DNA of 64,000 nucleotides from Mobula hypostoma. Its lineage: Eukaryota. Made by a program: the position numbers and the translations under genes. The stretch spans positions 15,996,001 through 16,060,000 of the forward strand of contig NC_086101.1 of NCBI RefSeq assembly GCF_963921235.1, given 5' to 3'. How positions within the stretch are numbered: position 1 is the first letter of the stretch; every line of letters begins with the position of its first letter. Positions 62,190-64,000 of this stretch are shown here, in pieces. The notes beneath the pieces were generated by a model, which was not told the DNA's origin, made no database searches, and saw only the letters and a program-made list of their open reading frames with translations.

Positions 62190-62740
62190 CCGTTGCTCCC
62201 TACTGACAGGAAAAGGATAAAGGCGGGTTATTGGCACCTTAAAACCTGTTGCTTCGGGCGGATGGAGCTCGCCAGCCATGGTTCGCAGCTCATCCAGGAA
62301 AAAGTAAAACTCTGATCTGAAACCTCCGCTGCCTTGCAGCTCTACCCGCTCATGGGGAAGGCTTCGGGCGTAAACCCAGGGGAAAAATCCTGAGTTGGAT
62401 TCCCTAAGGCAGTCCTCCATCGAGCTGACAGATTTCTGGTGCCAAACTGAGTTCAATGCTGACTGGTAGATCTGGCGACACTTCTGGTATCGGTCTCTAC
62501 CGTTCCTTTGGGTTCAACAGATGCATGGAGAGGGGGGGGGAACTTGCTCTCCACATCATACTGCCCTGGCTTGCTGATCTAGATGCAATATCCATGACAA
62601 ATTTTGTCCGGCGGAGGCCTCAACACAACTCAAAGTCCATCCCAAAGGGGGATGCAGAGGGGCAGATTTCCTCTCATGCAGATGGACATTTGGGCACTTC
62701 AGACCCGAGGAAGGGTCTCCATCTGTGACGCTGACTGCCC
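62190..62740. mobile_element. RTE-like LINE fragments
   Basis: Motifs recalled from RTE-clade ends (gcagctcatc...ggaaaa...aaactctga, ggggaaggcttcggg); a related fragment at 60580-60700 has gtcaatggcaaaccact. Confidence 0.45.
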
Positions 62741-64000
62741 ATTTCCCTCCACAGGTTCAACCTGACCCAGTGAGGGGTCCTTCAGCACCTTTGTGTGGTG
62801 TTGGGTTTTCCCGAGCATAGCGCAACACTGACCCCTGCTGGCCGGCACCCTTTCACTGCAACTCTGTCCTCTACTGACGGACCAGAGGGAAGAAAAGCAC
62901 ATCTCACTTTGTCTCTTTTCAAGGTTTAACAGTCCAAAGTACATTATTATTATCACAGTATATATACCATATGCAACCCTGAGATGGAGATTGTTGCAGA
63001 TAGCCGCAAAATAAGAAAAGCACAGTAGAATACACGATTTTAAAAAGAACCCACACAACCAAGACATTCAAATATCCAATGTGCGAAAAAAGAACAAATT
63101 GTGCAAACAATTAAAAGTAAACAAGTAACAGATAGAACATGAACCGCAGGGTCCCCGAAAGTGAGTACGCAGCCACAGAGCCAGTTGTGTGCTGAGAACC
63201 TCACGGAGTAGTGAGCTGAACACTGGTTTGTTCTTTACCCTCGGCCTTGACACCTTAAACCTGTTGCAATGCAACATGGCGAATGAGGCGAACCCAAGTG
63301 CAGGACACAAGCACGGAGATTGAGGATGCTTACACTGGCATAAACGCTGAACAGCGAACAGGAGGGATCTTGACACGAAGCCCTGATATGGAGCCTTGAC
63401 ACGGGGTCTTGATACGGAGCCTTGATTCAGAGACTTGACATGGAGTCTCATAGGTAAACCTTGAAACTGGAGATAAACTTAGAACAAACAGTTCTAAGCG
63501 GATGGGAAACATTAGTTATCACACAGAAAAAAGGCCAACGATCTGGAAACTAGGGTTTGTAACGCCGAGGTTCTTATACTGTAGGTCTTGATGGAGACTA
63601 AGTGTGCCGTCATCAAAGAAAATTAGAAGCCATTGGGAAATTAATGGTCGGAACTGTGGCACAATCGAAGGAAATTACAGGAAACTAGGGAACAAATGAT
63701 CAGGACCGTGACATAATCTTTTTAATCAGGTTCGGCGCTTAAATCGGCTAAATAATGTTTTTTTTTCGCTCTTGGGCCTGAAGTCTGCTCCAGCCATGGC
63801 TGCTGCAATCGTACCTGCATTCCTGAGAGTCCATTCTGCTGAATCCTTCAGGATACCGCAGAAATGCTACAGATGGTACAGTGCACAGGAGATAGATACA
63901 GCAGCTAGTTGCGTAGTGTCATACCAACAACCTGGCACTCAAACTTCAGTAAGACAGAAGGGCTGATTGTGGACTTCAGGAAGGGTAAAGTGAGGGATCA

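Noticed and set aside
63555-64000. Possible LTR start (tgtaacgccgagg...)
   Set aside because: No matching terminus or TSD can be confirmed within the window.

Overview
Vertebrate genomic DNA, most likely a cartilaginous fish (ray or shark; inferred from the CR1, Penelope, Rex1, L1 and Gmr1-type repeat content). The window is mostly retroelement debris. Hidden in it is one complete minus-strand protein-coding gene that the ORF track largely misses. I assembled it by hand: 15 coding exons from 51826 to 18398, 1245 nt, 414 aa plus stop, with GT-AG introns and matching phases at every junction. It encodes a type I membrane receptor with a signal peptide, two NKp30/NCR3-like germline-joined VJ-type Ig domains and an uncharged TM helix. 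The ~147-aa cytoplasmic tail is built mostly from 11 short exons (14-98 coding nt) and carries YTPM (YxxM), IQYAVI and VRYARV (ITIMs) and YDEL. Bases 1-14.4 kb hold a nested retroelement stack: a Gmr1-type (PR-IN-RT order) gypsy element split by a full-length L1 with a 16-bp TSD, itself split by a solo LTR and a Penelope fold-back. Upstream of the gene lies a CpG-rich ~3-kb tandem duplication containing a 135-N gap. All exon calls are manual; no database search or transcript data were available.
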